From Octopus sinensis (Eukaryota): 64,000 nt of DNA. Under the pieces are notes generated by a model. It ran no database searches. It had not been told where the DNA came from and was given only the letters and a program-made list of their open reading frames with translations. Below, one piece after another: positions 1 through 11,876 of this stretch (positions are counted from its first letter, which is position 1; the number at the start of each line of letters is the position of its first letter). The DNA is taken from assembly GCF_006345805.1 (NCBI RefSeq), contig NC_043010.1, positions 34,720,001-34,784,000 on the forward strand, in the 5' to 3' direction. Position numbers and translations under genes: made by a program.

Positions 1-149
1 TATTGCAAGAGAGAAGTGTGTTTGCATGGATGATGGTTCACATGCAGTTATTGACTCTGCAAAGAAAGAGGCATGGAAGTGCCACTGTGAAAAGGCTTCT
101 AAATATAGAGAACACTTGGAAGAAGGAGAATCTGCCTAATGTGGACTCA

Positions 150-512
150 ACTTAGGGACCAGCTATCTGAATAGACAGTAGCTTGGTGATACCTTAAACA
201 GAAATAATTACCTAGGTATCAAATTGCTGAACCAGGTGATGAAAATTACAGAGGATCATAGCTCAACTATTTAGGAAGATAGTTAGTCAAGATGAGATGC
301 CATTTGGTTTTGTACCAGGGAGAAGCACTACTGATGCTCTACTCCTGGTAAGGCAGCTGCAGGAGAAGTATCTAGCCAAAAATAAACTTCTGTACATGGC
401 TTTTGTTGAAGAAAGCTTTTGTTAGGGACCCCATTCCCTTATCTGGTGGTCAATGCAGTGGCTAGGGATATATGAATGGTTGGTGGAAGCTGTTCAAGGC
501 ATATACAGGGAT
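150..512 (+). mobile_element. Degenerate RTE-clade LINE reverse-transcriptase fragment
   Basis: Translates DEMPFGFVPGRSTTDALLLVRQLQEKYLAKNKLLYMAFV followed by a frameshift (non-LTR RT QxGF/STxD/DxxKAFD region). Confidence 0.8.
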
Positions 513-930
513 GCATATATACAGAGAAAGAGAGAGAGAGGGAGAGGGGGGGCATAGATATATAATACACACACACACATGATAGTATATGTATATCTTT
601 AGACATTACATGTACACACCCACCGGCAGAGTGCTTTTGGTTAATCACATTTACTTTTCTCCTTATCCAATTTCCTACTTCCTTTACTTCCTAACTCCTC
701 CCACTAAGAGAATATATATCCGTGTGTGTGAATATGTATATAAATGTGGATATATTTGTATGCATGTCTTAATTGCATATGTATATATGTATGTATGTAA
801 GTATGTATGTATGTATGTATGTATGTATGTATGTATGTATGTATGTGTGTGTGTGTGTGTGTGCAAATATATATATACACACACAAACAGACAGACATAC
901 ACACACCGAATATTTGTCACATATATTTAC

Positions 931-968
<38 letters not shown>

Positions 969-1431
969 TTTTATTCATTTATTCTTTTACTTGTTTCAGT
1001 CATTCTATCAGTCTCTTTTGCTGAACTGTTAAGTTACGGGGATGTAAACACACTAACACTGGTTGTCAGGTGATAGAGGGAGGACAAACATAGACACACA
1101 AACACATACAAACATATACACACACATACATATATACATCCATCCATCCATCCATACATACATACATACATGCATACACACATACACACACACACACATA
1201 CACACACACATACAATGTGCTTCTTTCGGTTTCCATCTACCAAATCCACTCACAAGGAGCCATGGGACTGAACCTGGAACCTTGTAGTTGGTAAGCAAGC
1301 TACTTACCACACACCCACATTTTTTAACAAGAGTGGTATTTACTGACTTTAAAGTTTTGGCTAGCTAAACCATGATTGGACAAGCCAATGATGGCTTAAA
1401 AGGATAAATATAAAGAGACAGACAGACAGAC

Positions 1432-1482
<51 letters not shown>

Positions 1483-2074
1483 TAGACAGATAGACAGATA
1501 GATAGACAGACAGACAGATCAATAAATACATAGATATAGTCACAAGCATGGCTGTGCAGTTAAGAATCTTGCTTTCCAACCATGTACTCTCAGATTTAAT
1601 TCTACTGCATAGAACCTTGAGCAAGTTTTTTTTTCTGCTACAGCGCATGACTGATCAAAGCCTTGTGAGTGGATTTGGTCAGCAGAAAGTAAAAAAGACA
1701 CATTCTATATACATGTGTGTGTGTGTGTGTTTGTGTATCATCATCATTTAACATCTGTTGTCCATGCATTGGAATATGTATGTATGTGGGTGTTTGCATG
1801 TACTTTTGTTTTGACAGCATATTATGATTTTAAACAACGGTGTCTATCGTACAAGTGATGTTGTTCATTTCCAGTCTTCCATGAACAACATGACAAGCCA
1901 TAGGAAAATATTACCTTGCTTGGAAGCAGGTAAAAGTAAAACACATCACATCCTTGCTAACCTACACCACTACACCTGTGCACACCTCTGTATGCATATA
2001 CATTCTCCAAAACTCTACATACACCACTTTGTTCCTTTATGTCTATCTGAAAACAAGGATACACTCCTATATGT

Positions 2075-2114
<40 letters not shown>

Positions 2115-2547
2115 CTTCCTCCCTTCAAATCTAAATTCTCCTACCATGAAAGAACTGCATTTCCACTTGGATCCTAATTGCTCACCCATATTTTTGCTCT
2201 CTTCTCAACCACTTTTCCTCCTTTACAATCCTCCTATGCTCCTCTTCTGATGAAGGACTAATACACGAAATGTAAAAACACTTTCTCTTCCTTCTTTTCA
2301 GAATTACACTAATACGGTATTTGTTAAAACTTAAACTTCTTTTATGGTCTTTTCTTTTTCTGTTTTTGTTCATTACATTACATTTCCTATACACTTACAC
2401 ACACACACACACACACACCACACACATATGTACATATATAAATATATATATATATATATATACATACACACACACACATATATATATACACATATATATG
2501 TATGTATATGTGTATATATGTGAGTATATATATATATATATATTATA

Positions 2548-2939
2548 CTAGCAGTATCGCCCGGCATTGCTCAGATTTGTTTCGACTCTTTAAAATTGGA
2601 ATTTTTGAAAAGTCAAAATTTTGCATTATGTAGCTTGTTATTCTCTTTAAGTGAACATTTTTCTGGTTGAAATACACCAAAAAATGGCAACACAGCAGTA
2701 AAAAAATCATAAAAAATAAGGATTTTCATAGAAAAAAAGCACCTTTTTGATGTAAATAATTTTTGGTGTTAACATGGTCTGATTTGAATTTTTTCTTCTA
2801 CTGAAGGAAGAGCAAGCCTTCTTCTATCATACTCTCAATTTGGGTCAACTTGCGCCGCAGGGTCTCGGAGGAGATAGTGTTAGTTGAAGGCTACCAAACC
2901 TGTCATACACAGACAACTTCAGCTTTATATATAGAGAGA
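2548..2939 (-). mobile_element. Non-autonomous Helitron-like element
   Basis: Minus strand starts A|TCTCTCTATATATAAAG and ends CTAG|T, with a GC-rich sub-terminal imperfect hairpin (GCCCGGCATTGCTCAG) just inside the 3' end. Confidence 0.65.
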
Positions 2940-3024
2940 TTTATAAACATATATACATATACATACATATGTACCCTTATGAATAATATATATATATATA
3001 TATATATAGATATCATTATTCACA

Positions 3025-3715
3025 TCATCATCATCATTGTCCATGCTGGCATGGGTTGGGTGGTTTGCTCAAAGCTGGCAAGCTGGGGAGCAGCACCAGA
3101 CTCTAGTCTGATTTGCCATGGTTTCTACAGCTGGATGTCCTTCCTAACACCAACCACTTTACAGAGTGTGCTGGGTGCTTTAATGTGGGTGCTTTTATGT
3201 GACACCACATGAACGCTTTTACATAGCACCACATGACTGCTTTTACACGACACTGCCATTAGTGCTTTACACCTCAAGTAGGATTGCTCCCAACACTTCC
3301 GCTGTGGGGTCAGGTCTTCTTGAGTATGGCCAGGTGCCAGGTGTCTTGGTCCTTTGTCATCTCTTCTGAGAGTTTCACCTTCTTGAAGTTGTTCTTCAGT
3401 ACTTCATCCCATGTCCTCCTGGGTCTCTCACTTTCACATATTCCATCCATTTTGAGAGATCATCAGTTCTTTATAGAACTGTTGGCATCCATCCACATTA
3501 CATGACCACACCAACACAGTCTCCTCTCTTGCACACAGCAACCAATTCCTCTTAGCCCTAACTTCTCTCTCAGAGTGCTGGCACTCTGTCGAACAAGTAC
3601 ACTTACATTACACAACCAGTGGAGCATACTAACCTCATTTCTTTCTAACCTCCGCATGTCCTCTGCATTCAGGGCTCATATCTCACTACCATGTAGAATT
3701 GCTGTTTGTATATGT
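3025..3715 (-). mobile_element. 3' end of an RTE-clade LINE with (GAT)n tail
   Basis: ILHGSEI..DMRRLERNEVSMLHWLCNV...LREKL...RRLCWCGHVMWM is the RTE C-terminal region. The 3'UTR ends ...CCCATGCCAGCATGG(A)-(ATG)n, and related tails occur at ~6430-6595, ~24500-24950, ~47100-47190 and ~56160-56290. Confidence 0.8.
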
Positions 3716-3797
3716 GCATCATACAATGTATATATATACATACATACATACATATATATATACACTATATATATATATATGTATATGTCTGTATATA

Positions 3798-3853
<56 letters not shown>

Positions 3854-4574
3854 TATACATATACATATATATATGTATGTATATATATATATATACATAT
3901 ATGTATATGCACATATATATATATAGGTGGATACATGTGTGTATACATACATACACACAAACATACACACACACATACATATATACATACGTACTTACAT
4001 GCATACATGCACCCAAACACATACATATGTTTGTGTGTTCAGAGAAAGAAAGGAATAAGCAAAAGAGAGGGTGAAAGGGAAGAAGAGTTGAATGGAGAGA
4101 ACCTCTTGTACCAAAATAGATGGATATGTAATTAGAATTCATGTTCTCAGTAGAGTACACAGAACCAGAATGGCTGACTTACCAATCAGAATTTATTATA
4201 TTTCTAATGAACTAGCTACCTGTCTTTGCCCTTCTCTGTCACCGTCTGTCTCTGTCTGTTTGTCTGCCTGCCTGTCTTTCTGTCTGTCAGTCTTTCTGTA
4301 TGTCTGTCTGTCTCTCTGTATATTCATGTAAATATGTGTCTATGTATTTATGCATATGTCCAAACATATGAATATGTTCATGTGTACATGTATATATATA
4401 TGTATACAAGCACACACACATGGAGACAGACATACATACTCAAACATACACACATGCTCATATACACACATGCAGATACATATAGCATTAGGCCATAATG
4501 GGATTTCACTCAATTATCCAATTATCCAAGTTTGATAGTAATGATTTCTCTTTAGCTGTAAAGTGGAAGCAGAC

Positions 4575-4593
4575 ATACATACATACATATATA

Positions 4594-4624
<31 letters not shown>

Positions 4625-4694
4625 GATATATATATATATATGTATATATATGTATATATATATACGTATATATATATATGTATATATATATATG

Positions 4695-4725
<31 letters not shown>

Positions 4726-4732
4726 GTATATA

Positions 4733-4777
<45 letters not shown>

Positions 4778-4787
4778 ATCTATCTAT

Positions 4788-4826
<39 letters not shown>

Positions 4827-4856
4827 CCTATCTATCTATCTATATATATATATATA
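4575..4856. repeat. Compound microsatellite (TA)n/(TATG)n/(TATC)n, representative of dozens in the window
   Basis: Directly visible; comparable tracts at 780-965, 1415-1520, 3725-3990, 6255-6400, 7698-7935 and 62095-62245. Confidence 0.95.
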
Positions 4857-4870
4857 TTTCCCTTTACATA

Positions 4871-5751
4871 TATTGGATCATTCCATAAATAATGTGCTTT
4901 TTTCAATCACATGCACTAAAAGTTGGAGGGGGATGGGATAAACTATGTGCATCAACTTGCTATAAAAGCTGGTAGTAATTTTACCTTGTCCTTATTCTTG
5001 AGGAGTGTAGTTCGATTTTAACAGTTATTTTTTCAAAGCTATAATGGAAGTGACAATGGAGCATGTTTGGCATATTTTGCTTTATAAGTTCAATAAAGAC
5101 AACAACATAATGAAAAGTGCAAGGAATATTAATGCAGTATATGGGGATCGGACAATAAGTGTAAGCTAGTGTAAATGTTGATCCCAGAAACTCCAAGCTG
5201 GAAATTACAGCCTAGAAGATGAGCCTTATCCTGGAAGATCTGTAGAGCTTAATGATGACGTCCTGCAAACCCTGGTGCAACAAAATCCCAGTGTAATTGT
5301 TGGGGAACTAGCAGAGAAGCTTTGATTTGGTCATTCAACCATTCATCAACACTAGCACTAGAAGAAAAATGACTATCTTTGGTTTGAAGATGAAAGGTTT
5401 TCTTCCATGAGGATAATGCTCAGCCACATATGGTGAGGATGACATTCCAAAGGCTGGAGCAGTTTGAATGAGAAATAATGCCCCACACACTATATTCGCT
5501 GGACATTGCCCCATCTGATTATCAATTATTCCGCAATTTTCAAAATCATTTGGACAGAAAAAATATGAAATCTGTATACGAGGTCAGAACAGTACTGGAG
5601 GAGTATTTTTCATCATGGGCATGTGAATTTTGGAAGAGGGGCCTTACAAGTCTACCAGATAATGGAAGAGCATTGTAGAAAATTAAGGAGAGTATATTTA
5701 GATAAGAAAATAACTTTGTTTATCTTAATTTTGTTATGGGGTGATCCAATA
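4871..5751 (+). mobile_element. Internally deleted mariner transposon with TIRs and TA flanks
   Basis: TIRs TATTGGATCATTCCATAA / TTATGGGGTGATCCAATA. Remnant ORF MEVTMEHVWHILLYKFNK..., LEDEPYPGRS, HEDNAQPH, YSLDIAPSDYQLF, ..GEYI with stops and frameshifts. Confidence 0.88.
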
Positions 5752-6273
5752 TATATACACTCCCATTAGTACACAGCTGGTCACATTCCAAACATATTGA
5801 AGGGACATCCAACACAATGCACACACACACACACACATACAGAGCTGGACATAAAACCCATTCAATAAATGCTTTTAAGCCACTCCCTTGGCAGGAACCC
5901 AGAGAGATGGTTTTAGACAATAGACAACTACACCTGCTCTCTTTTTCTCTAATATCTTGAACTCTGTTACAAACTATATTTAAAGAAGACTTCAACGAAA
6001 ACCTCCACACATGTTTTGACCACCAAACAGAAGACAAACTGTTTATAGTTCAAATTTTTATAAATTTTTATTAATATTTGATAAAGATAAAGTTCATCAT
6101 CGAAACCAGTAATATTTTATTCTTTCTTTATATAATTTTTAAATCATTGTATTAAATTCTTTCTAAATATGTCTTAGATTTATTTCTATGTTGTTTCCAC
6201 CTCATCTTTTATATATAAAAATTTGATTTGTATAGCTCTTTAATCTTCTTCAACTATATATACATATACAGAC

Positions 6274-6385
<112 letters not shown>

Positions 6386-6606
6386 TTCATACATACATAC
6401 ATAAAAGGCATTTATGACAGTGAAATATTAAAAGCATCCTATGCACTCAGTAAAGTTATTGGCATTAGGACCGGCATCCAACTGTAGAAATCATGCCAAA
6501 ACAGATGACAGGAGCCTGGTACAGCTCTCCAGCTCACCAGGTCAAGTCAAACTGTGTAACCCATGCCAGCTGGATGTTAAATGATGATGATGATATGTGC
6601 ATCTGT

Positions 6607-6639
<33 letters not shown>

Positions 6640-6642
<3 letters not shown>

Positions 6643-6832
6643 TAATAATATTAGAGAGTAAATCCAAACTTACAGGGAAAAATTAGATTTAGGATTAAAT
6701 CTAATTTTACAGTATAAATATATATATTAAATTAGAGATAAAACTACTATTAGACAATATTTTGTCTAATGTTTTGGTTTATGTTTTTCACTGTTTGATT
6801 TGCCTAATAGTGGTTTTATCTCTAATTTAATA
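6640..6832. repeat. Tail plus fold-back element in (TA)n
   Basis: Arms ~6723-6757 and ~6800-6832. The tail motif CCAAACTTACAGGGAAAAATT also occurs twice, inverted, at 51787-51964. Confidence 0.65.
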
Positions 6833-6834
6833 TG

Positions 6835-6875
<41 letters not shown>

Positions 6876-7333
6876 AAGTATGAGTGTGTGTGCACACATG
6901 TGCATGTATGTAAGTATATATATATATATATATATATTTCTGTATGCGTGTCTTTGTGTCTGTGTTTGTCCGCACCACCATTTATGAGCCTGTCCAGTTG
7001 TGTTTATGCCCCTGTAATTTGGTGCCAGCAAAAAGCCCAATAGAATTTTTCAAAAAATATAAAGAGTGGAGTTGATTTGTTCAACTAAAATTCTTCAAGG
7101 CGGCACCCCAGCATAGCCACAATCTAGTGACTGGAACAAGCAAAAGATAAAAGATATATATGCACACACACTAAGTCACTCTCAACATGCATACACACTC
7201 ATATATATACGTATGTTTACATATACTTATATATATATATATATAAGTATATATAATAATAAGTAATTCATTGATTGCATTCAAGAAGACTAAGTCTCAA
7301 AAGATTCAATATGAGGAAGAATAAATAATAATT

Positions 7334-7370
<37 letters not shown>

Positions 7371-7439
7371 ATGTATATGTATATGTATATATATATGTAT
7401 ATATATATATATATATATGTATATCTATCTATCTATCTA

Positions 7440-7473
<34 letters not shown>

Positions 7474-7475
<2 letters not shown>

Positions 7476-7697
7476 AATTGAGGACTGAACACGAAAAGTG
7501 GACAGTCAACATGCTAGATATAGACGTCAAATCGTCATTCTCCACAAAAAGACGTCTATATCTAGCATGTTGACTGTCCACTTTTCGTGTTCAGTCCTCA
7601 ATTGGTATATATAAATATTTTAATCTTCAGATTCTTTTTAATATGCTAGACCACTGGTTTTAATTGATAAATATTGATTTCTACCCTTAATTAATTT
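7474..7697. repeat. Perfect 55-bp-arm hairpin plus ~90-bp tail inserted in (TA)n
   Basis: 7474-7528 is the exact reverse complement of 7551-7605 (22-nt loop). The tail is homologous to 55861-55945. Confidence 0.8.
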
Positions 7698-7832
7698 TAT
7701 ATATATATGTTTGTATGAATGTATGTATGTATGTATGTATGTATGTATGTATGTATGTTGTATGTATGTATGTATGTATGTATGTATGCATGCATGTATG
7801 TATGTATGTATGTATGTATGTATGTATATATG

Positions 7833-7882
<50 letters not shown>

Positions 7883-7894
7883 AATATATATATA

Positions 7895-7935
<41 letters not shown>

Positions 7936-8427
7936 CTGTCAGGCATTCATATATATATATAAATGCCTGACATCTGCACAGTTGTTTCAATGCTTAAGCA
8001 TTTTCTCAAAGATGTAAAATAAAGAAATGACCACCTGTGTCTCTATGTTGTAAAAACTAGGAAAATGGAATCATTATGTTTTCTTCAAAAAACAAAACAA
8101 AAAATTAAAAATGAAAAAATAGCTACAAATCTACATCAGTTTGAAGAAAGAGTTGGTAGTATTTAGAAGAGAAGATTTGAGAAAGATATATGTCGGTGGT
8201 GGCAGATTTAGCTGCAGAAAATATTTTCTTACATAAACAATTTGTTTTTGTTTGCAGGAAAATATATGACAACTAATGAAGATGGTGTAACTGTTAAAAA
8301 TTGGTGGAATTGGTTATTTTACAGAACTGGTTGAATTAACACTACAACTATAATTGAACAGCAGAACAAGCAGATTTGCCAGAAGAACTGAGTTGGCAGA
8401 ACTGTAGAAATTGGTTATGGAATTGAG

Positions 8428-8813
8428 ATGGAGGAGATACCTTATGAATATCTAACTATCCAGAACAATTCCAGGATCCTTGAGGAACTAAACAGTGCCA
8501 AATCTATAGAACTGCTTCCAACCATTTTGGCAGTAATTTTGATGGCATCAGTTGGTGCAGTGGGAAACATACTTGTCTGGTATATCTATGCCATGAAACT
8601 GGAAAAGACGGCCACTAATTTCTTCATTGCGTCTCTCGGACTTGCAGATTTTTTTACATGCAGCATTGGTATACCAATAGAGACCTTCATACTGTGCCAT
8701 TCACTGGCCTTCTACAGTGATGTGGCATGCAAAGTGATGCGGTACATTACAGGGGTAACCATAACAACTGCTGCCGTTATTGTCCTTCTCATTGCTGTTG
8801 ATCGGTATTTCAG
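8428..8813 (+). CDS. Class A GPCR (peptide-receptor-like, CCK/orexin-receptor-like), coding exon 1: N-terminus to TM3
   Basis: MEEIPY...; TM1 GAVGNILV, TM2 SLGLADFF, TM3 CKV...IAVDRYF (DRY motif). Ends at phase-2 donor AG|GTAAAT (GT at 8814-8815). Upstream acceptor TTTGTTTTTGTTTGCAG (AG at 8256-8257) suggests the exon starts at 8258 with 5'UTR. Confidence 0.93.
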
Positions 8814-9397
8814 GTAAATCAATGTGTTTCTATGTTTTTTTATTGTTATTGGTGTTTGTACAAAGTTTAATTTGGGGAAGAAATAGAATTAGTATTTAAC
8901 CCCAACTCTGACCTTATTTTCTAACCAAAACTCTATATGTAACACCAGTGGAGTAAAAGATGAATTATTTATGAATATGTTTACCACCATGGCTGGTTAC
9001 TGGAACTTATCAGTGATGCCATGTATTTCCAGTCACACTGTATACTGTTTAATTACGAGGAAATGTAATATTCTTTGCATTTTTGCAATATTTCATAATT
9101 AAACTTTAATATTTAGCACCCATGTTATTTAAATATCCTCAAAACCATGTCAAAGATACGAAATAAAATATTTTCTCAAATTATGAAAATGTACCATCAG
9201 TGGTGCATTTGGTGGTTTTGTGAAGTTTGCAATGAACCACCTGAGCTACATGTGGCTGTTAATGTGTTAATTAGTATTTCAGTATTTAGTTCTGTCCTTT
9301 TATTTTCTGAAATCAGATCTTACAAAAATTACCTTTGTTTTTCACCTTTGGCAATATATTCAATTGCACTGTGTCTTGTGTATACTTGGTATTTATT

Positions 9398-9740
9398 GTA
9401 GTGGTTATGGCTCAGTGGTTAGAGCGTCGAGCTTACGATCGTGAGGTTGTGAGCTCGAATACCGGACCAGGCTGCGTGTTGTGTTCTCAAGCAAGGCACT
9501 TTATTTCACGTTGCTCCAGTTCACTCAGCTGTAGAAATGAGTTGCGACGTCACAGGTGCCAAGCTGTATCGACCTTTGTCTTTCCCTTGGATAACACTGG
9601 TGGCGTGGAGAGGGGAGGCTGGTATGCATGGGCGACTGCTGGCCTTCCATAAACAACCTTGCCCGGACTTGTGTCTAGGAGGGTAACTTTCTAGGTGCAA
9701 TCCCATGGTCATTCATGACCGAAGGGGGTCTTTACCCTTT
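9398..9740 (+). mobile_element. tRNA-derived SINE in the GPCR intron
   Basis: A box TGGCTCAGTGG and B-box-like GAGCTCGAATACC, then body and tail. Partial copy at ~51497-51717. Confidence 0.8.
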
Positions 9741-9925
9741 AATATTAAACGATTGTGTTCTCCTGTTCTGTTTAGTCCATGGATCAAAGAGTCATTGAAT
9801 AATAAATGTGTGAAGAACAAATATATAGTATGTGATTTATTTGAAAGGAAAAAAAAACTGTTTTAAAAAATGACCATTCTGAAATATAACGATTATTTTT
9901 CTATTTTTCTCCTTTGTATTTACAG

Positions 9926-10643
9926 AGTCTGTCGTCCACGTACCTGGCAGTTTACAAGACGCTCAGCAGTACACACAGTTGGAGTAGTATTCGCTATTGT
10001 CGTCACTGGCACAAGTCCTGGAGTGTTTATATTTGGCTGCCACAAAGTTTCAACATCTGTGGACCTTGTTGGTTACGAGTGCTTTATTTCTGAGGAATAT
10101 ATCTCCACCATTTTTCCTACAGTCTACTTTGTGTCAATATCAGTAATTTATTTTGCTGCTGCCATTACCCTTTCATCTATTTACTTCATGGTTGGCTTGA
10201 GAGTCCGACGGCACGAGAGGACGTGGCGGTTAAGAGAGAGTCGATCATCACGGCATGATATCAACCACTCTGCAATGCTGTCCTGTGACAGGAGAGCACG
10301 GAACTTGCTTGCTCCACAGACTGTAAGGCGGTCGAGCATACATTTGTTTCGGACAACACTTGTTCTGCTGATGATAACCATCATATGGATCATTAGTTAC
10401 TGGCCAAACCTAATCTTGGTTAACTATGCCATCTCTAAACCAGACATTAAAGCTAACATGGGTGTGCCGGGTCTCAACAGTTATAATATGGCAGTGAGGA
10501 GTTATTTTATCAACAATGCCATTAATCCATTCATTTATGGTTTCTTCAACAGGGGATTTAGAAGTCAAGTCCTGAAAATCTGGAAAGGTATCTCTAAGTG
10601 CTTTCATAAAACTCCAGTACCCTTTTCTGTTGGTTGGCAGTGA
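9926..10643 (+). CDS. Class A GPCR coding exon 2: ICL2 to TM7 and C-tail
   Basis: Acceptor TTTTCTCCTTTGTATTTACAG (AG at 9924-9925) is phase-compatible and gives DRYFR-VCRP. Also ECL2 Cys (GYEC), TM5 ..IYF, TM6 ISYWP, TM7 NNAINPFIY (NPxxY), helix 8 FNRGFR, and TGA at 10641-10643. Total about 367 aa. Confidence 0.93.
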
Positions 10644-11382
10644 ATTGACAATGATTTAGCAGTGAATTGGCACTAAATTGGAAATTAATTCCCAGTGAAT
10701 TGATTATATGTAGGTGGAAAATTGTCAGCAGCAAATTGGTAAAGAATTCTCAGGGAGTGACAGTCATCTGGTAGTGAATTCAGAATTTTTGGTGGTACAA
10801 ATTCTTCATGAAATGATAAGGAAAAGCAGAGATTTAGCAGTGAACCATTAGGTGGTTGTGAATTTGTAACAAGATGTTTACAGAACTGACATTATAGTAA
10901 CAGTGCAGAGTGGTGAAATGTTTTTGGGGTGAAAAAATAAATTGCTTGAAGTGGAAAAGTCTGTGTACAGTAAAATAATTTAGAGTGAAAAATGCAACAA
11001 TGAGTAGCTGAATTTTAAGAATGATTTGAATATATCAAGTCAAATTTAGCAGCCTAAAATCGACGAGAAGGTTTTTTAAAAATAATTTGAAGGTGTAGAA
11101 GAAAGAACTGTCACTGCTAGATCTGCTGCTTTAAAATGATGTTATGTTCAGTAACTTTTAGTAAATCTTCAATATATTATGGTAATACATGTACACACGC
11201 AACACATACACACACACACACACACACACACGCATACATTTATGCATATGTATCTGGCAATGGCAATGATGATACATATATGTATGTAAAAATGTGTATA
11301 CACACACACACACATGTGTAAGTTGTCTAAAAGTCCCTATGTGAGGAAAAAGATGCACTTGTATATCTGTCAACAGATTGGA

Positions 11383-11794
11383 TATATTATCTGAAGTGTA
11401 CAGTACTATATATCCATCATGGCTGATCTTACCAATCGGTTTCGTGCTCAGGGTACAACAGACTGTTAGGTAACAATCTGATTATATAACCCTTCGCTCA
11501 TCAGAGGTAGCTAATTTGGAATGAAATATGGTGACTGCTCTCTATTGTTGGAGGTGAAAGCATTTTTTCTGGTCACCAGTGAGATCATAACATTTTTTTC
11601 TGGCCTCGCCCTTTAACCTCCAACATAAGAGAGCAGTAGCCTTATTTCTTTCCATATCAGTTACCTCTGATGAGTATAGGATTATATAATCGGATTGTTA
11701 CCTAACACTCCATTGTACCTCTAGCACGAAACCAATGGGTAAAAATCAGCTGTGATGAATATATAATACTGTACTGTACACTTCAGATAATATA
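11383..11794. mobile_element. Diverged fold-back element (~180-bp arms) with decayed type I hammerhead-like motifs in both arms
   Basis: Arms 11383-11560 and 11611-11794. CTGATGA (11667-11673)...GCAC GAAAC CAATGG GTA on +; CTGATGA...GCAC GAAAC CGATTG GTA on -. Confidence 0.65.
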
Positions 11795-11840
11795 CATTCA
11801 TACATACATACATATATACATACATACATACATACATACA

Positions 11841-11876
<36 letters not shown>

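Noticed and set aside
9405-9475. tRNA-like sequence (also at the heads of the 13751, 22964, 41808 and 62093 elements)
   Set aside because: A and B boxes are present but there is no complete cloverleaf, and each continues into a SINE body and tail.
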